From positions 1 to 64,000 of the forward strand of contig CAVUXE010000035.1 in the NCBI GenBank assembly GCA_963745235.1: a DNA stretch of 64,000 nt. The letters run 5' to 3'. The notes beneath the pieces were generated by a model. That model was not told the DNA's origin and searched no databases. It was given only the letters and a program-made list of their open reading frames with translations. Of this stretch, positions 1-10,900 are shown piece after piece. The DNA comes from an uncultured Spirochaetota bacterium. Its GTDB lineage: Bacteria > Spirochaetota > Spirochaetia > SZUA-6 > Fen-1364. Both the position numbers and the translations under genes were made by a program. Numbering within the stretch: position 1 is the first letter of the stretch; every line of letters begins with the position of its first letter.

Positions 1-655
1 GGTCGCTGCAGATGAAACGCAACTGCCGGGTACGCTCGGGGCCGAAGCCGCGGAAGAACCGCCGCAAGGTCTCCGCGCTGCGTTGCTCGCCCACCCAGAG
101 CAGACGCCGTGCCGGGGCGTCCAGTTGATAAACCACCGTCAAATAGCGGTGCCCGCGCTGCCAGGAGGTTTCATCGATGCCCAGCGCCTCGATGCCCGAC
201 AGGTCCCGATGCGCCAGTCCCCACTCCACTTGCGTGCACACGGAATGAAAAACCTTCTCCCAGGAAGTGTGAAAAAATCGCGCCACTTCTTGCCAGGAAA
301 CCCGCCGTGCCCAGGTGGCCAGAAACTGCATGTAGCTGCGCGTCAAAGTCTGTTTCCCCTGCGCCCAAGGCACCCTCTCCACCTTCACTCCGCAGCGGGG
401 ACATTGCACCCGGCGCAAGGCGTAGAGCAAGTACACCGGGATTCCCCACAGCGGCACGTATTCAAACTGCCGCGCCGCCAAGCGGTCGTACCCGGGCCGG
501 GGTTCCCCGCACTCCGAACAGCGACCCGGACGATGCGCTCGCGGCCGCACCTCCACCACCAGCACCCGCTCTTGCCCCTCTTCTTGCCAGCGCACCCGCT
601 CGTACACAAAATCCTTGTACTTCTCCACCTGGTTCAGAATACTCTTGACCCGCAT
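1..655 (-). mobile_element. ISL3-family transposase, N-terminal part (runs off the window edge)
   Basis: Not in the ORF track. Manual minus-strand translation from ATG 655 (AGGAGG upstream) gives MRVKSILNQVE...CSECG...YDRL..RQFEYVPLWG...RRVQCPRCGVKVERVPWA...LGIDETSWQRGHRYLTVVYQ...LRFICSD, i.e. a zf-ISL3 zinc finger plus the first catalytic residues (GIDE, ICSD). Confidence 0.9.
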
Positions 656-717
656 CCTGCCTCCTCCTGTGCCCGGGATTTGTGTTGGTCCACATATCCC
701 TTAACAGGTTCGGGGTA

Positions 718-780
718 ATCTGCTTCCGCAGCCTGGCCAGCGAAGGAAAGCTTCCTGGCGTCACGAAATCCAGCTGGTAG
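718..780 (+). pseudogene. rpsN: 3' fragment of ribosomal protein S14 (Zn-ribbon type)
   Basis: Translates ICFRSLASEGKLPGVTKSSW*, the canonical S14 C-terminus, in its expected position before rpsH. The 5' part is replaced by sequence upstream of the ISL3 transposase. Confidence 0.88.
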
Positions 781-793
781 GGAGTGAGATGCG

Positions 794-1192
794 ATGAGTC
801 TGTCAGATCCTGTTGCGGATATGCTGACGAAGATCAGGAACGCGAGCAGCGCGCGCTTCGAGAGCGTCGACATTCCCACCTCGAAGCTGAAGCTGGAAAT
901 CACCAAGATCCTGAAGAACGAAGGCTACGTCAAGACCTTCAAGAAGGTGAGCCAGGACGGCCGGAACCTGATCCGGATTTTCCTCAAGTATGACGGGAAG
1001 AACGAGCCGGTGATTCACGGGCTGAAAAGGGTCTCGACCCCGGGGAGAAGGATGTACGCGGGCTACCGGACGCTCCCGCGCGTTCTCAACGGGTTCGGGA
1101 CGCTGATCGTCACCACGTCCATCGGCGTCACCACGGGCAAGAAGGCGCTGGAGAAGAAAGCCGGCGGCGAGATTCTCTGCACCGTCTGGTAA
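794..1192 (+). CDS. rpsH: 30S ribosomal protein S8
   Basis: [13 protein letters not shown]...VSTPGRRMY...GGEILCTVW; spc operon order. Confidence 0.98.
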   Translation: MSLSDPVADMLTKIRNASSARFESVDIPTSKLKLEITKILKNEGYVKTFKKVSQDGRNLIRIFLKYDGKNEPVIHGLKRVSTPGRRMYAGYRTLPRVLNGFGTLIVTTSIGVTTGKKALEKKAGGEILCTVW

Positions 1193-1209
1193 GCAAGGAG
1201 AGCTGAAGC

Positions 1210-1749
1210 GTGTCGCGAATCGGACGTTTACCGGTCAGGATACCGAAGGGAGTCAAGGTCACCATCAAGGAAGGCCAGGTGCTCCTGGAGAGCCCCAAGG
1301 GCAGGGTGGTGCAGGACTATGCTCCCGAGGTGTCCGTGAAGACGGAAGGGGACCTCCTTGTTGTGAGCCGCTCGGAGGACACCATCAAGGGGAGGAGCCT
1401 CCACGGGTTGTACAGGAACCTCCTGAAGAATGCCCTGATCGGGCTGTCTGACGGCTTCTCACGGGTCCTGGTGATCTCTGGCGTCGGGTACAAGGCGGAG
1501 CTGAAGGGGAAATCCCTGGTCCTGAACCTCGGGTACTCCACGCCCATCGAGTATCCCCTTCCTCCGGGAATCACCATGGACGTGGAGGCGAACACCCGCA
1601 TCACCGTCAAAGGGTCGGACCGGCAGCAGGTGGGCCAGGTGGCCTCCGAGATCCGATCCTTCCGCCCCGTTGAGCCGTACAAGGGCAAGGGGATCAAGTA
1701 CGAGGAAGAGTATGTGCGCCGCAAGGTCGGGAAATCCGGGATCAAGTAG
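1210..1749 (+). CDS. rplF: 50S ribosomal protein L6
   Basis: MSRIGRLPV...GVGYKA...RPVEPYKGKGIKY. Confidence 0.98.
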   Translation: MSRIGRLPVRIPKGVKVTIKEGQVLLESPKGRVVQDYAPEVSVKTEGDLLVVSRSEDTIKGRSLHGLYRNLLKNALIGLSDGFSRVLVISGVGYKAELKGKSLVLNLGYSTPIEYPLPPGITMDVEANTRITVKGSDRQQVGQVASEIRSFRPVEPYKGKGIKYEEEYVRRKVGKSGIK

Positions 1750-1758
1750 GAAGAGGCC

Positions 1759-2118
1759 ATGAAGAAGATCGACGACACAACGCGAAAGCGCCTGAAGAGA
1801 CGAGCGAGCATTCGCAAGAAGATTCACGGCACTCCCGAGAGGCCGCGGCTCACCGTGTACAAGTCAAACCGCTATACGTATGTCCAGGCAGTGGACGATC
1901 TTGCGGGCAAGACAATCGCGGCCGCGTCCAACCTCGAGAAGGAGCATCGCGACATCCCGAACAAGACAGCCATGCTGGAAAAGCTCGGGACGCTGATCGC
2001 GGAGCGCCTCAAGGCAAGGAACATCTCGGCGGTCGTATTCGACAGGAACGGCTACCGCTATCACGGCAAGGTGAAAGCCATCGCGGACGGCGCCCGCAAA
2101 GCCGGCATAACGGTCTGA
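1759..2118 (+). CDS. rplR: 50S ribosomal protein L18
   Basis: [14 protein letters not shown]...[22 protein letters not shown]. Confidence 0.98.
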   Translation: MKKIDDTTRKRLKRRASIRKKIHGTPERPRLTVYKSNRYTYVQAVDDLAGKTIAAASNLEKEHRDIPNKTAMLEKLGTLIAERLKARNISAVVFDRNGYRYHGKVKAIADGARKAGITV

Positions 2119-2131
2119 GGGGAGAGGGCAA

Positions 2132-2641
2132 GTGGCACAGGATCAGGACAGGGACAGGAACCAGGGCGAGTTCCTTGAGAAGCTCGTGAAGCTCAATCGT
2201 GTCGCGAAGGTCGTCAAGGGCGGCAGGCGCTTTTCTTTCTCCGCGCTGACCGTTGTCGGGGACCGGGCGGGCAGGGTCGGGTACGGGTTCGGGAAGGCCA
2301 ACGACGTGTCGGACGCCATCCGCAAGAGCATCGACAAGGCCAAGAGGAGCATGGTGCAGGTGCCCATCAAGAAGGCCACGCTCCCTCACCAGATCATCGG
2401 AAAGTTCAAGAGCGCGCAGGTGCTCCTGAAGCCGGCCGCGCCGGGAACGGGCGTCATTGCCGGCGGACCCGTCCGCGCGGTCATGGAAGCCGCCGGGATC
2501 CACGACGTTCTTTCGAAGTCCCTCGGCTCGTCGAACGCAATCAACACGGTCAAGGCCGTATTCCAGGGCCTCGGGGCTCTCATGGACCCTCGAGAGATTG
2601 CCGCCAACCGCGGGCGCGGTCTGAAGGACATGTGGGGGTAG
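2132..2641 (+). CDS. rpsE: 30S ribosomal protein S5
   Basis: [23 protein letters not shown]...[12 protein letters not shown]. Confidence 0.98.
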   Translation: MAQDQDRDRNQGEFLEKLVKLNRVAKVVKGGRRFSFSALTVVGDRAGRVGYGFGKANDVSDAIRKSIDKAKRSMVQVPIKKATLPHQIIGKFKSAQVLLKPAAPGTGVIAGGPVRAVMEAAGIHDVLSKSLGSSNAINTVKAVFQGLGALMDPREIAANRGRGLKDMWG

Positions 2642-2644
2642 GCC

Positions 2645-2833
2645 ATGGCAGGGAATATTCTGCAGATAAAGCTTGTGCGGAGCACCATCGGATGCCTGCC
2701 GGCGCATCGCAGGACCGTCGAGGCCCTTGGCCTGCGCCGCATCGGTTCGGTGGTGGAGAAAGCCGCCACCCCGGCAGTCCTGGGCATGGTCAAGTCGGTT
2801 TCCCACCTTCTCGAGGTGGAGGAGAAGCGCTGA
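2645..2833 (+). CDS. rpmD: 50S ribosomal protein L30
   Basis: IKLVRSTIG...TVEALGLRRIG...GMVKSVSHLL. Confidence 0.97.
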   Translation: MAGNILQIKLVRSTIGCLPAHRRTVEALGLRRIGSVVEKAATPAVLGMVKSVSHLLEVEEKR

Positions 2834-2835
2834 GT

Positions 2836-3300
2836 ATGGAAGGATTCACTTTCCGGGCACCCAAGGGGCAGAAGAAGGAAAAAAGGCTGGGCAGGGGCGT
2901 TGGGTCCGGTCACGGCAAGACAGCCGGCAAGGGCACGAAGGGCCAGAAAGCGCGCGCGGGCGGCGGGGTTCGTCTCGGCTTCGAAGGCGGACAGATGCCC
3001 CTCTTCCGTCGGATTGCGCGCCGCGGCTTCTCCAACTATCCCTTCAAGAAAGTCTTCCAGGTCCTGAATGTCTCGGACCTCAACCGGTTCGCGGACGGGG
3101 AGACCGTGACTCCCGGCTCCCTGCAGGCGAACGGCCTCGCGAAGAAGCGGGGAGTGCCGGTGAAGATCCTCGGGGGAGGAGAGCTGGCCCGAAAGGTCGT
3201 GGTGCAGGACATGAAGGTATCTGCCGTCGCCCGTGAAAAGATCGAGAAGATGGGTGGACGGGTCGTCGAGCAGAGCGGGGGAGAGGCCCAGGGGTCATAA
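2836..3300 (+). CDS. rplO: 50S ribosomal protein L15
   Basis: RLGRGVGSGHGKTAGKGTKGQKAR...FEGGQMPLFRR; start placed at ATG 2836. Confidence 0.97.
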   Translation: MEGFTFRAPKGQKKEKRLGRGVGSGHGKTAGKGTKGQKARAGGGVRLGFEGGQMPLFRRIARRGFSNYPFKKVFQVLNVSDLNRFADGETVTPGSLQANGLAKKRGVPVKILGGGELARKVVVQDMKVSAVAREKIEKMGGRVVEQSGGEAQGS

Positions 3301-4619
3301 TGGCGAATCCGATTGTCGATATCTTCCGCGTCAAGGAGCTGAGGGACCGCATCCTCTTTACGATCGGCATCCTGGTGATCTACCGCCTGGGGACCATCCT
3401 GCCGGTGCCGGGGATCAACATTGCGGCGCTGAAGCTCTACTTCGCGTCCCAGGGAAACTCGGGGGCGATGGGAATAGAGGACTTCCTGGATTTCTTCGCC
3501 GGCGGGGCATTCAAGAACTTTTCCATCCTGATGCTCTCCATCATGCCCTACATCTCGATGTCCATCATCATGCAGCTGGTCACCATCGTGTTCCCGAAGC
3601 TGAAGAAGATCTCCGAAGAAGAGGGCGGGAAGAAGAAGATAAACCGCTGGACCCGCTACGGCACCGTGGTGGTGTGCATCATCCAGTCCTACACGGTGAC
3701 CGTGTACGCGAACAGGATCCCGGATGCCATCTCCATGGCCAGGATGCCTTTCATCCTGCTCGCCATGCTGACCATCACGACGGGCACGATGTTTCTCATG
3801 TGGCTGGGTGACCAGATCACGCGACGCGGAATCGGCAACGGCATCTCCATGATCATCTTCGCGGGCATCGTGGCAAGAATCCCGGGCGCTTTGTGGACTT
3901 TGCTCCAGTCTATCGGGCGCCGCGAGCTGAACCCGGTGTTCGTCATCATCGTTCTGCTCCTGTTCGTGGTGGTGGTGGCCCTCGTCATCATCGAGCAGCA
4001 GGGCCAGAGGAAGATCCCCGTTCACTACGCGAAGCGCGTCATCGGGCGCAGGATGTACGGGGCGCAGAATACCTACCTTCCGTTCAAGGTCAATCCTTCG
4101 GGGGTCATTCCGGTGATCTTCGCCTCCTCCGTGCTGATCTTCCCCATCCAGATAGCGCAGAACCTGGGCGCGCGGGTGGAGTGGCTTTCTCGATTCGCCG
4201 CGTGGCTCCACCCGCAGGGTCTTCCCTACGTGATGGCATACGCTCTTCTGATCATTTTCTTCGCGTATTTCTACACGCAGGTCACCCTGAACCCGGTGGA
4301 GATCTCGAAGCATATCAGGGAAAACGGGGGATCGATCCCGGGGATCCGCAGCGAGAAGATGGAAGAATACCTTTCCAGGATTCTCTACAGGATCATCCTT
4401 CCCGGCTCGCTCTTCCTTGCTTTCATAGCGATCATTCCGACCCTGGTGCAGACGCTGTTCCATTTCCCCAGCGCCATTGCCTACCTCATGGGAGGAACGT
4501 CGCTTCTGATCCTCGTCGGCGTGGATCTCGACACGATGTCCCAGATCGAGGGATACCTGCGGATGCACCACCACGAGGGTATCGTGAAGAGGGGCAAGAT
4601 ACGCTCCCGCAACCTGTAG
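3300..4619 (+). CDS. secY: Preprotein translocase subunit SecY
   Basis: Multi-TM protein with GIGNGISMIIFAG, RKIPVHYA, GVIPVIFASS, GGSIPGIR and GGTSLLILVGV motifs. Confidence 0.98.
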   Translation: MANPIVDIFRVKELRDRILFTIGILVIYRLGTILPVPGINIAALKLYFASQGNSGAMGIEDFLDFFAGGAFKNFSILMLSIMPYISMSIIMQLVTIVFPKLKKISEEEGGKKKINRWTRYGTVVVCIIQSYTVTVYANRIPDAISMARMPFILLAMLTITTGTMFLMWLGDQITRRGIGNGISMIIFAGIVARIPGALWTLLQSIGRRELNPVFVIIVLLLFVVVVALVIIEQQGQRKIPVHYAKRVIGRRMYGAQNTYLPFKVNPSGVIPVIFASSVLIFPIQIAQNLGARVEWLSRFAAWLHPQGLPYVMAYALLIIFFAYFYTQVTLNPVEISKHIRENGGSIPGIRSEKMEEYLSRILYRIILPGSLFLAFIAIIPTLVQTLFHFPSAIAYLMGGTSLLILVGVDLDTMSQIEGYLRMHHHEGIVKRGKIRSRNL

Positions 4620-4667
4620 CGACGGCGCACGGGAGAGGGGAGGCATGATGCGAACGGAGGTTTTGCA

Positions 4668-4781
4668 ATGAAAGTACGCGTAAGCGTGAAGCCGATCTGC
4701 GACAAGTGCAAGGTGATCAGGCGCCGGGGCGTGGTGCGCATTATCTGCACGAACCCCAAGCACAAGCAGCGCCAGCGCTGA
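4668..4781 (+). CDS. rpmJ: 50S ribosomal protein L36
   Basis: Manual translation [37 protein letters not shown] with GGAGG RBS; below the ORF-track cutoff. Confidence 0.97.
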   Translation: MKVRVSVKPICDKCKVIRRRGVVRIICTNPKHKQRQR

Positions 4782-4797
4782 GGAGAAGGAGACAGGA

Positions 4798-5166
4798 ATG
4801 GCACGTATTGCGGGTGTGGATCTTCCCAACAAGCATGTCGATGTCGCCCTGACGTACATCTACGGGATCGGGGTCACCTCCGCGCAGAAGATCTGCGCCG
4901 CCACCGGCGTGGATCCGCAGAAGCGCACGAACGACCTCACGCAGGATGAGGTCAACAAGCTGCGGACCGTCATCGAGAGCGACTACAAGGTTGAGGGGCG
5001 GCTGCGGACCGAGGTCTCGCTGAACATCAAGCGGCTCATGGACATCGGCTGCTACCGGGGGATCCGTCATCGCCGCGGCCTGCCGGTGCGGGGCCAGAGG
5101 ACGAAGACGAACGCAAGGACCCGCAAGGGCAAGCGGAAGACGGTCGCCGGGAAGAGGAAGAAATAG
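4798..5166 (+). CDS. rpsM: 30S ribosomal protein S13
   Basis: [10 protein letters not shown]...[28 protein letters not shown]. Confidence 0.98.
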   Translation: MARIAGVDLPNKHVDVALTYIYGIGVTSAQKICAATGVDPQKRTNDLTQDEVNKLRTVIESDYKVEGRLRTEVSLNIKRLMDIGCYRGIRHRRGLPVRGQRTKTNARTRKGKRKTVAGKRKK

Positions 5167-5168
5167 CA

Positions 5169-5553
5169 ATGGCGAAGACAAAGGGCAAGAAGGAAAAGAA
5201 AAAAGAATATAGCCGAAGGGAAGGCCTACATCCAGGCGACCTTCAACAACACCATCGTGACAATCACCGACCTCATGGGCAACACCATTTCGTGGGCGTC
5301 CACCGGCGCGCTCGGATTCAAGGGCGCAAAGAAGTCGACGCCTTTTGCTGCGCAGACCACCGCGGAGTCGGCCGCGAGCAAGGCCATGGAGCAGGGGCTC
5401 CGGGAGCTTGTGGTCCTCGTACGGGGACCCGGGGTCGGCAGCGAGGCCGCCATCCGCGCCTTTGGCGTCCTGGGGATACGCGTGCGCTCCATCAAGGACA
5501 TCACGCCGATCCCTCACAACGGGTGCCGGCCTCCGAAGAAGCGCCGGGTGTAG
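5169..5553 (+). CDS. rpsK: 30S ribosomal protein S11 (apparent frameshift in an A-run near 5195-5206)
   Basis: N-terminus MAKTKGKK is in one frame; [15 protein letters not shown]...[14 protein letters not shown]...[18 protein letters not shown] is in another. Confidence 0.95.
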
Positions 5554-5565
5554 GGAGGAGAGACA

Positions 5566-6201
5566 GTGGGAAGGAACATCGGACCCCAGTGCAGGTTGTG
5601 CAGGGCCCAGGGATACAAGCTTTATTTGAAAGGTGACAGGTGCAAGGGCCCCAAGTGCCCCGTGACCAGGAAGAAGGGCGCGCCCGGAAAAGGCCCGCGC
5701 AGCCGCACGAAGAAGATTTCCGACTACGGCGTCCAGCTGCATGAGAAGCAGAAGCTGAAGAGGATGTACGGCATGCTGGAAGGACAGTTCCGCCTGTTCT
5801 TCGGCAAGGCGGTGCGCCGCAAGGGGATCACCGGCGAGAACCTCATCCAGATGCTGGAGAGGCGGCTCGACAATGTCGTCTATCGCATGCACCTGGCCCC
5901 GTCGCGCAAGTCCGCGCGGCAGCTCGTCCTGCACGGCCACATCGCGATTAACGGAAAGCGGGCGTCCATTCCGTCCATGCTCGTCAAGGAGAACGACGAG
6001 ATTTCCGTGCGCGAGCCCAGCACGAAGCTCACGGCAATCAAGGAAAGCCTGAAGGAGTATTCCCGAGCAGGAGTCGTGCCCTGGCTCGAGATCGACCCGG
6101 ACAGGATGGTAGGAAAGATACGTGCCATTCCCCGGCGCAGCGAGATCACTGACCTGTCTGATGTCAGAGAGCAGTTGATCGTCGAGCTGTATTCGAAGTG
6201 A
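5566..6201 (+). CDS. rpsD: 30S ribosomal protein S4
   Basis: CRLCRAQG..LYLKGDRC...SDYGVQLHEKQK...LERRLDNVVYR...EQLIVELYSK. Confidence 0.98.
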   Translation: MGRNIGPQCRLCRAQGYKLYLKGDRCKGPKCPVTRKKGAPGKGPRSRTKKISDYGVQLHEKQKLKRMYGMLEGQFRLFFGKAVRRKGITGENLIQMLERRLDNVVYRMHLAPSRKSARQLVLHGHIAINGKRASIPSMLVKENDEISVREPSTKLTAIKESLKEYSRAGVVPWLEIDPDRMVGKIRAIPRRSEITDLSDVREQLIVELYSK

Positions 6202-6211
6202 GGTCTTTTCA

Positions 6212-7318
6212 ATGGTCCGAAAGAACCTTCTAAAAGGCTTCAAGAAGCCCAAGGGGATCACCTTCGAGCACAGCGAGGTGGAGGCCAACTATGGGCGCTT
6301 TGTCGCGTATCCCTTCGAACGGGGATACGGCGTCACCATAGGAAACACCCTCAGACGCATCCTCCTGTCCTCCATCCAGGGGTACGCGGTGTCCGCGGTG
6401 AAGATCACCACCTACAAGGAGGATGGCGCGCCGCACACCATCGCCAGCGAGTACGAGCCGATCCCGCACGTTGTCGAGGATACCCCTGACTTCATCAACA
6501 ACCTGAAGCAGGTGCAGGTGAAGCTGACGGGGGACCTCGAAGAGAAGACCGTGATCGTGGAGGCCAAGGGCGGCCGCACCATCCTGGCGAAAGACCTCGC
6601 CTCGGACAACGACGTGGAGATCGTCAATGGGGATTTTCCCATCGCCACGCTGATGGACAAGGCGAACCTGGAGTTCGAGGTCCAGATCAACCTGGGCCGC
6701 GGGTACGTGCCCGCGGAGAGGAACGAGAAGTACATCGAGGTGATCGGCACCATCCCCATCGACGCCATCTTCTCCCCCATCCAGAAGGTGAAGTACAGCG
6801 TTGAGAACACACGGGTCGGCCAGAGGACGGACTACGACAAGCTGATTCTGGAGGTATGGACCAACGGGACCATCACCCCGGACGACGCCCTGGCGGAGGC
6901 CGCGAAGATTGCCAAGGATCATTTCACGATCTTCATCAACTTCGACGAGTCCGAGGCAGGGGGAGATGACGAGGTGGACGAGGATGAGGAGCGCATTCGC
7001 GCCCTCCTTGACACCCCGGTGGAGGAGCTGGAGCTCTCCGTGCGGTCCAGCAATTGCCTTCGCAACGCAAACATCCGCACCATTGGAGATCTCACGAAAA
7101 AGACCGAGGAAGAGATCACCAAGACCCGCAATTTCGGCAAAAAGAGCCTGCAGGAGATCCGGGACAAGCTGCAGGCGCGCGGTCTGGACCTCGGAATGAA
7201 GGACTACTCCGCATTGAAGAAGCAGCTGAAGAAACAGCTCGCCGGAGAGACGCAGGCGGCGGCCGCCCCGGGCATTGCAACCGCGGCACTGGGAGAAGAG
7301 AATGAATCATCGGAGTAG
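6212..7318 (+). CDS. rpoA: RNA polymerase subunit alpha
   Basis: [22 protein letters not shown]...DAIFSPI...[11 protein letters not shown]...[10 protein letters not shown]...[10 protein letters not shown]. Confidence 0.98.
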   Translation: MVRKNLLKGFKKPKGITFEHSEVEANYGRFVAYPFERGYGVTIGNTLRRILLSSIQGYAVSAVKITTYKEDGAPHTIASEYEPIPHVVEDTPDFINNLKQVQVKLTGDLEEKTVIVEAKGGRTILAKDLASDNDVEIVNGDFPIATLMDKANLEFEVQINLGRGYVPAERNEKYIEVIGTIPIDAIFSPIQKVKYSVENTRVGQRTDYDKLILEVWTNGTITPDDALAEAAKIAKDHFTIFINFDESEAGGDDEVDEDEERIRALLDTPVEELELSVRSSNCLRNANIRTIGDLTKKTEEEITKTRNFGKKSLQEIRDKLQARGLDLGMKDYSALKKQLKKQLAGETQAAAAPGIATAALGEENESSE

Positions 7319-7715
7319 CTACAACAGGCTTGGCCGGACCTCGGCCCATCGCAAGGCACTGCTGAAGGCGCAGGCAAAGGCGCTTTTCCGATACGAGAGA
7401 ATTCGTACCACCGTTGCCAAGGCCAGGGAAGCACGTCGCCTGGCGGAGAAGCTGATCACCCGAGCAAAGGTGGACTCCGTTCACAACCGGCGGATCGCCT
7501 CCCGAGCCATAGACGACGGGCGGGTGCTGAACAAGCTTTTCACCGACATCGCGCCGCGCTTTGTCGAGAGACCCGGGGGCTACACACGGATACTGAAGAT
7601 GGGAAGGCGTTTCGGCGACGCATCCGAAATGGTCATCCTGGAGCTCGTGGAGCGCAAGGAGAGGGAGCGCAAGCGCAAGAAGAAGGAAGCGCAGGAAGCG
7701 GCAAAGGAAGGGTAG
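7302..7715 (+). CDS. rplQ: 50S ribosomal protein L17
   Basis: [12 protein letters not shown]...IRTTVAKA...[18 protein letters not shown]. Confidence 0.97.
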   Translation: MNHRSSYNRLGRTSAHRKALLKAQAKALFRYERIRTTVAKAREARRLAEKLITRAKVDSVHNRRIASRAIDDGRVLNKLFTDIAPRFVERPGGYTRILKMGRRFGDASEMVILELVERKERERKRKKKEAQEAAKEG

Positions 7716-7762
7716 ACGCTCCAGGAAGCGCCGAGGACGGCGACAGGGCGGGAGCGAAGCGT

Positions 7763-7913
7763 GAGGGCGGCCGAGAGGCCGCCCTCGCCATCCGTGGGGC
7801 GGCAGGCGCGCTTACGCGCCGGGAGCCCGTGGCTACGGGGCGCCTTGCGTACCTCCATGCCACGCCCGGGTGGCGTGGCAGACTCGGCGCCCCTCGCCAT
7901 CCGTGGCTACGGA
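7763..7913. repeat. Palindrome-rich intergenic element (REP/MITE-like or structured RNA)
   Basis: At least five hairpins (e.g. GAGGGCGGCC-GAGA-GGCCGCCCTC; TGCCACGCC-N5-GGCGTGGCA), plus two copies each of CCTCGCCATCCGTGG and CCGTGGCTACGG. Confidence 0.55.
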
Positions 7914-7961
7914 GTTCCCCCTCTTTCGCCGATAGACAGAGAGAAGGTATACTGTTTCTCA

Positions 7962-10900
7962 ATGCGGCAAAGTCTCAAGGTCGCCATAAGTCTTCTCGTC
8001 TCGATCGTTCTCTTTGCCGGGTTCTGCGTCCTTGCATTCTCCGGGCTCTTCGACATCCTCCAGGCGAATTTCTTCCTCCCGAGAGTGGAGCAGGGCTACG
8101 AGCGCCAGCTCGCTATCCTTGGCGATCGGATCGAGAAGTACCACGCCGCAAATCTGGAGCGCTTTACGACGCTCGCCAGGAAGGATTTCGTAGCCGCCTC
8201 TTTCGGGACAAACCTTCCCGCCGACGTCATGCGTCAATGGGCGGACGCCATCACACTGCTGAAAGTGGCGGCCGTGAGAGTCCTTGCGCCGGACGGCCAG
8301 AGGATTGTCTTCAGCTCGCTCCCCTCGGACGCAAAGGACCAGGGGCCCGACCGCTTCGCGTACCGCAACTACGGGGAGGTCGAGCAGGCAGTCCCTGCGA
8401 CCGCTGTTGTCCTGGGCGCGGGAGATCAGCCGAGGCTTTTCATCGATGGGGGGCAGGGCAGGTTCCTCTACCTCGTGCCGGTCTACCAGGCCTCGGAAGG
8501 CGGCGCGCCCGCCCTTTTCAAGGGAACGGCCATCTTCTACGTGGATTCCCTGGACCTCTTGAAGGATCTCCAGCTCATGCCGCAAGTCCCGGTAACCAGC
8601 GTGGTCCTGGTTCAGAACGACGGCGTTCTTCTCAATTTCAACGCGGTAGATCCGCGTCCTGTCGCGTCTGAGCTCGCCAAGACGTGGCATGCCCACGCCG
8701 GCGGGCCCGCTTCCTTCACCTCGCCGCTTGCGCTGACAAGCGAAGCGGGGAAGAACAGGTCGTTCCTGTCATTCTCCCTTCGACTCACGCAGGGTGGAGT
8801 CGCCAGCCTTCTTGTGGATGCCTCGGTCTTCGAAATGACCGACCTCATGAAGGGCCTTCTCCTGGGCACGTTTTTTCTCACGGTCTTCCTCATTGTCTAC
8901 CTGCTCATCAACCTGAGGTCAGACCCGCTTGAGGTGCTGCGCCAGAGGGTGAAGCGCTTCCAGGTGCAGCTGATCACGGAGCTGGTCGAAGGCCCCGGTG
9001 GAACGGACTGGAGCAGGTGGCGGCGCGAGATCGAGTCACGCCAGGGTGAAATCACATGGCAAATACAGCGCGGGATCGGCAGAGTCTCTCGCAGGCAGAA
9101 GCCCGTGATCGAAGAGTACTTGTCGAAGAGCTGGAGCGAAATCCTGGACCTCCTCTCCCGGCGCTCTGAGTCGCCGCAAGCACCGCCGGTTGCCGCGCTG
9201 GATATTTCGCGGCTTGAGACCTTGATCAGGACCGCGCTCCAGAACGCAACGGTCGCGCGCGGCCTGCCCGCACGCGAAACGCGTCCCGATCGACCCGCTC
9301 CCGTCGAAGCGGCCGCAAAAGCAACGGGAAAAGCGGTGGCTGTGAAAGAGGTCGAAGCTGTCGAAGAGGCAGAAGCGGTGGAGGAAGCCGAAGCTGTCGA
9401 AGAGGCAGAGGCAGTCGAGGAGGCAGAGGCAGTAGAAGAGGCTGAGGCAGTAGAAGAGGCTGAGGCAGTAGAAGAGGCTGAGGCAGTAGAAGAGGCTGAG
9501 GCAGTAGAAGAGGCTGAGGCAGTAGAAGAGGCTGAAGCAGTAGAAGAGGCTGAGGCAGTAGAAGAGGCTGAGGCAGTAGAAGAGGCTGAAGCAGTAGAAG
9601 AGGCCCAGCAGGCGGAAGAAGCCGAAGCCGTCGAAGAGGCCCAGCCAGCGGAAGAGGCTGAACCCGAGGAGGCGGCAGAAGTAGAAGAAGCCGAAGCCCT
9701 GGGAGAAGCCGAGCTTGCTGAAGAAGCCGAAGCGGTCGAAGAAGCCGAAGCCCTGGGAGATGCCGAGCTTGCTGAAGAAGCCGAGGCGGTCGAAGAAGCA
9801 GAAGCTGTCGAAGAGGCCGTTGCGGTCGAAGACGCAGACGAGGCCGAGTTGGTGGAAGACGCAGAGGCGGTCCCGGATTCGGATGAAGCTGGCGAGAGGG
9901 AGCTCAGCAACTTCGAGACAGTCGAAGAGGAGCAGTCACCGCGTGCTCCGTCCATTGAGCTTGCTCCTCTGGGCGCATTGGAAAGCGGCCGCACGTACGG
10001 AGACGACCCGATGTCCGCTGCCGCAGCATCCGAGTCACCCCTCGCCGTCGAAGAGGACGGACAGAAGGCATATCCGATCGATTCACCGGGTGAGATCCTG
10101 GAGGAGCTCGAAGCCCTTCCTGACATCCGCCCGTTGCCCCTCGAGCCTTATGAGGAGGGGCTGGAGTTCCTTCCCGCAGCCGATGAGCGCGAATCCGCCG
10201 AGCAGTTTCCCGGCAGAGGGATTCAATTGTCCAGTACCGAAGGCGACGAACCGGGTCACGGGGATGGCCCCGACCTTCGACGGCTCGAAGAGCTCTCAGA
10301 GGTTGAGGAGCTCTCGGACGCAGAAGGTCTCTCGGAGGCCGAAGACACCGCGGACGCGGAAGAGCTCTCGGCCTTTGACGAGACCCAGCTCGAGGAGACC
10401 AGCATCGAACATTTTTCGGGGGCTCAGCCGGAAAGCGCTCTGGAGGACCTCGGGGAGCTCGAAGCTCTCGATGAGGCCGCAGGCGCGCAGAAAGTCCAGG
10501 AGCTCACCCGAGAGGACAGGGAGACCGAGCTCACGAAGCTCCTTGCATCCGGCGTGGTCAAGAGCTGGACGATCGGCGAAATGCTCCGTGTCGTTGAGGA
10601 AAGCAGGTCTGCCATCGTCATGGAGGACGGGGTCTTCAGGATAAAAGAGGAAGTCTACGAAGCCGGCGCTCCGGGGGAAGAGAAACCGCGCGAATCCACG
10701 CGCGGCGGAGGGCTGCGGGAGATTGCCCAGGAGGTGGTCGCGCACGCGTCGCAGCCTGCCTCCGGCCCGGAAGACTCCTTCTCCGGGATCGGGGACCTCA
10801 TTGGCGGTGCCGCGGTCTTTGATATCCCCGGAGGCGTCCCGCGGTCGGAAAACGAGAGCAAGGAGGACGCGCTCCCGGGCGGCCAGGAGAAAACGTCCCC

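Noticed and set aside
83-718. 211-aa plus-strand ORF and overlapping ORFs
   Set aside because: Antisense shadows of the ISL3 transposase on the minus strand.
4620-4667. adk, map and infA missing between secY and rpmJ
   Set aside because: Normal spirochaete arrangement; used only as a taxonomic clue.
5190-5210. Programmed frameshifting in rpsK (and rny, der, purD)
   Set aside because: No shared slippery motif or stimulatory structure; the pattern matches homopolymer sequencing error.
9438-9599. Regular short repeats considered as a possible CRISPR array
   Set aside because: Head-to-tail 18-bp units with no spacers, in frame within a CDS; no cas genes.
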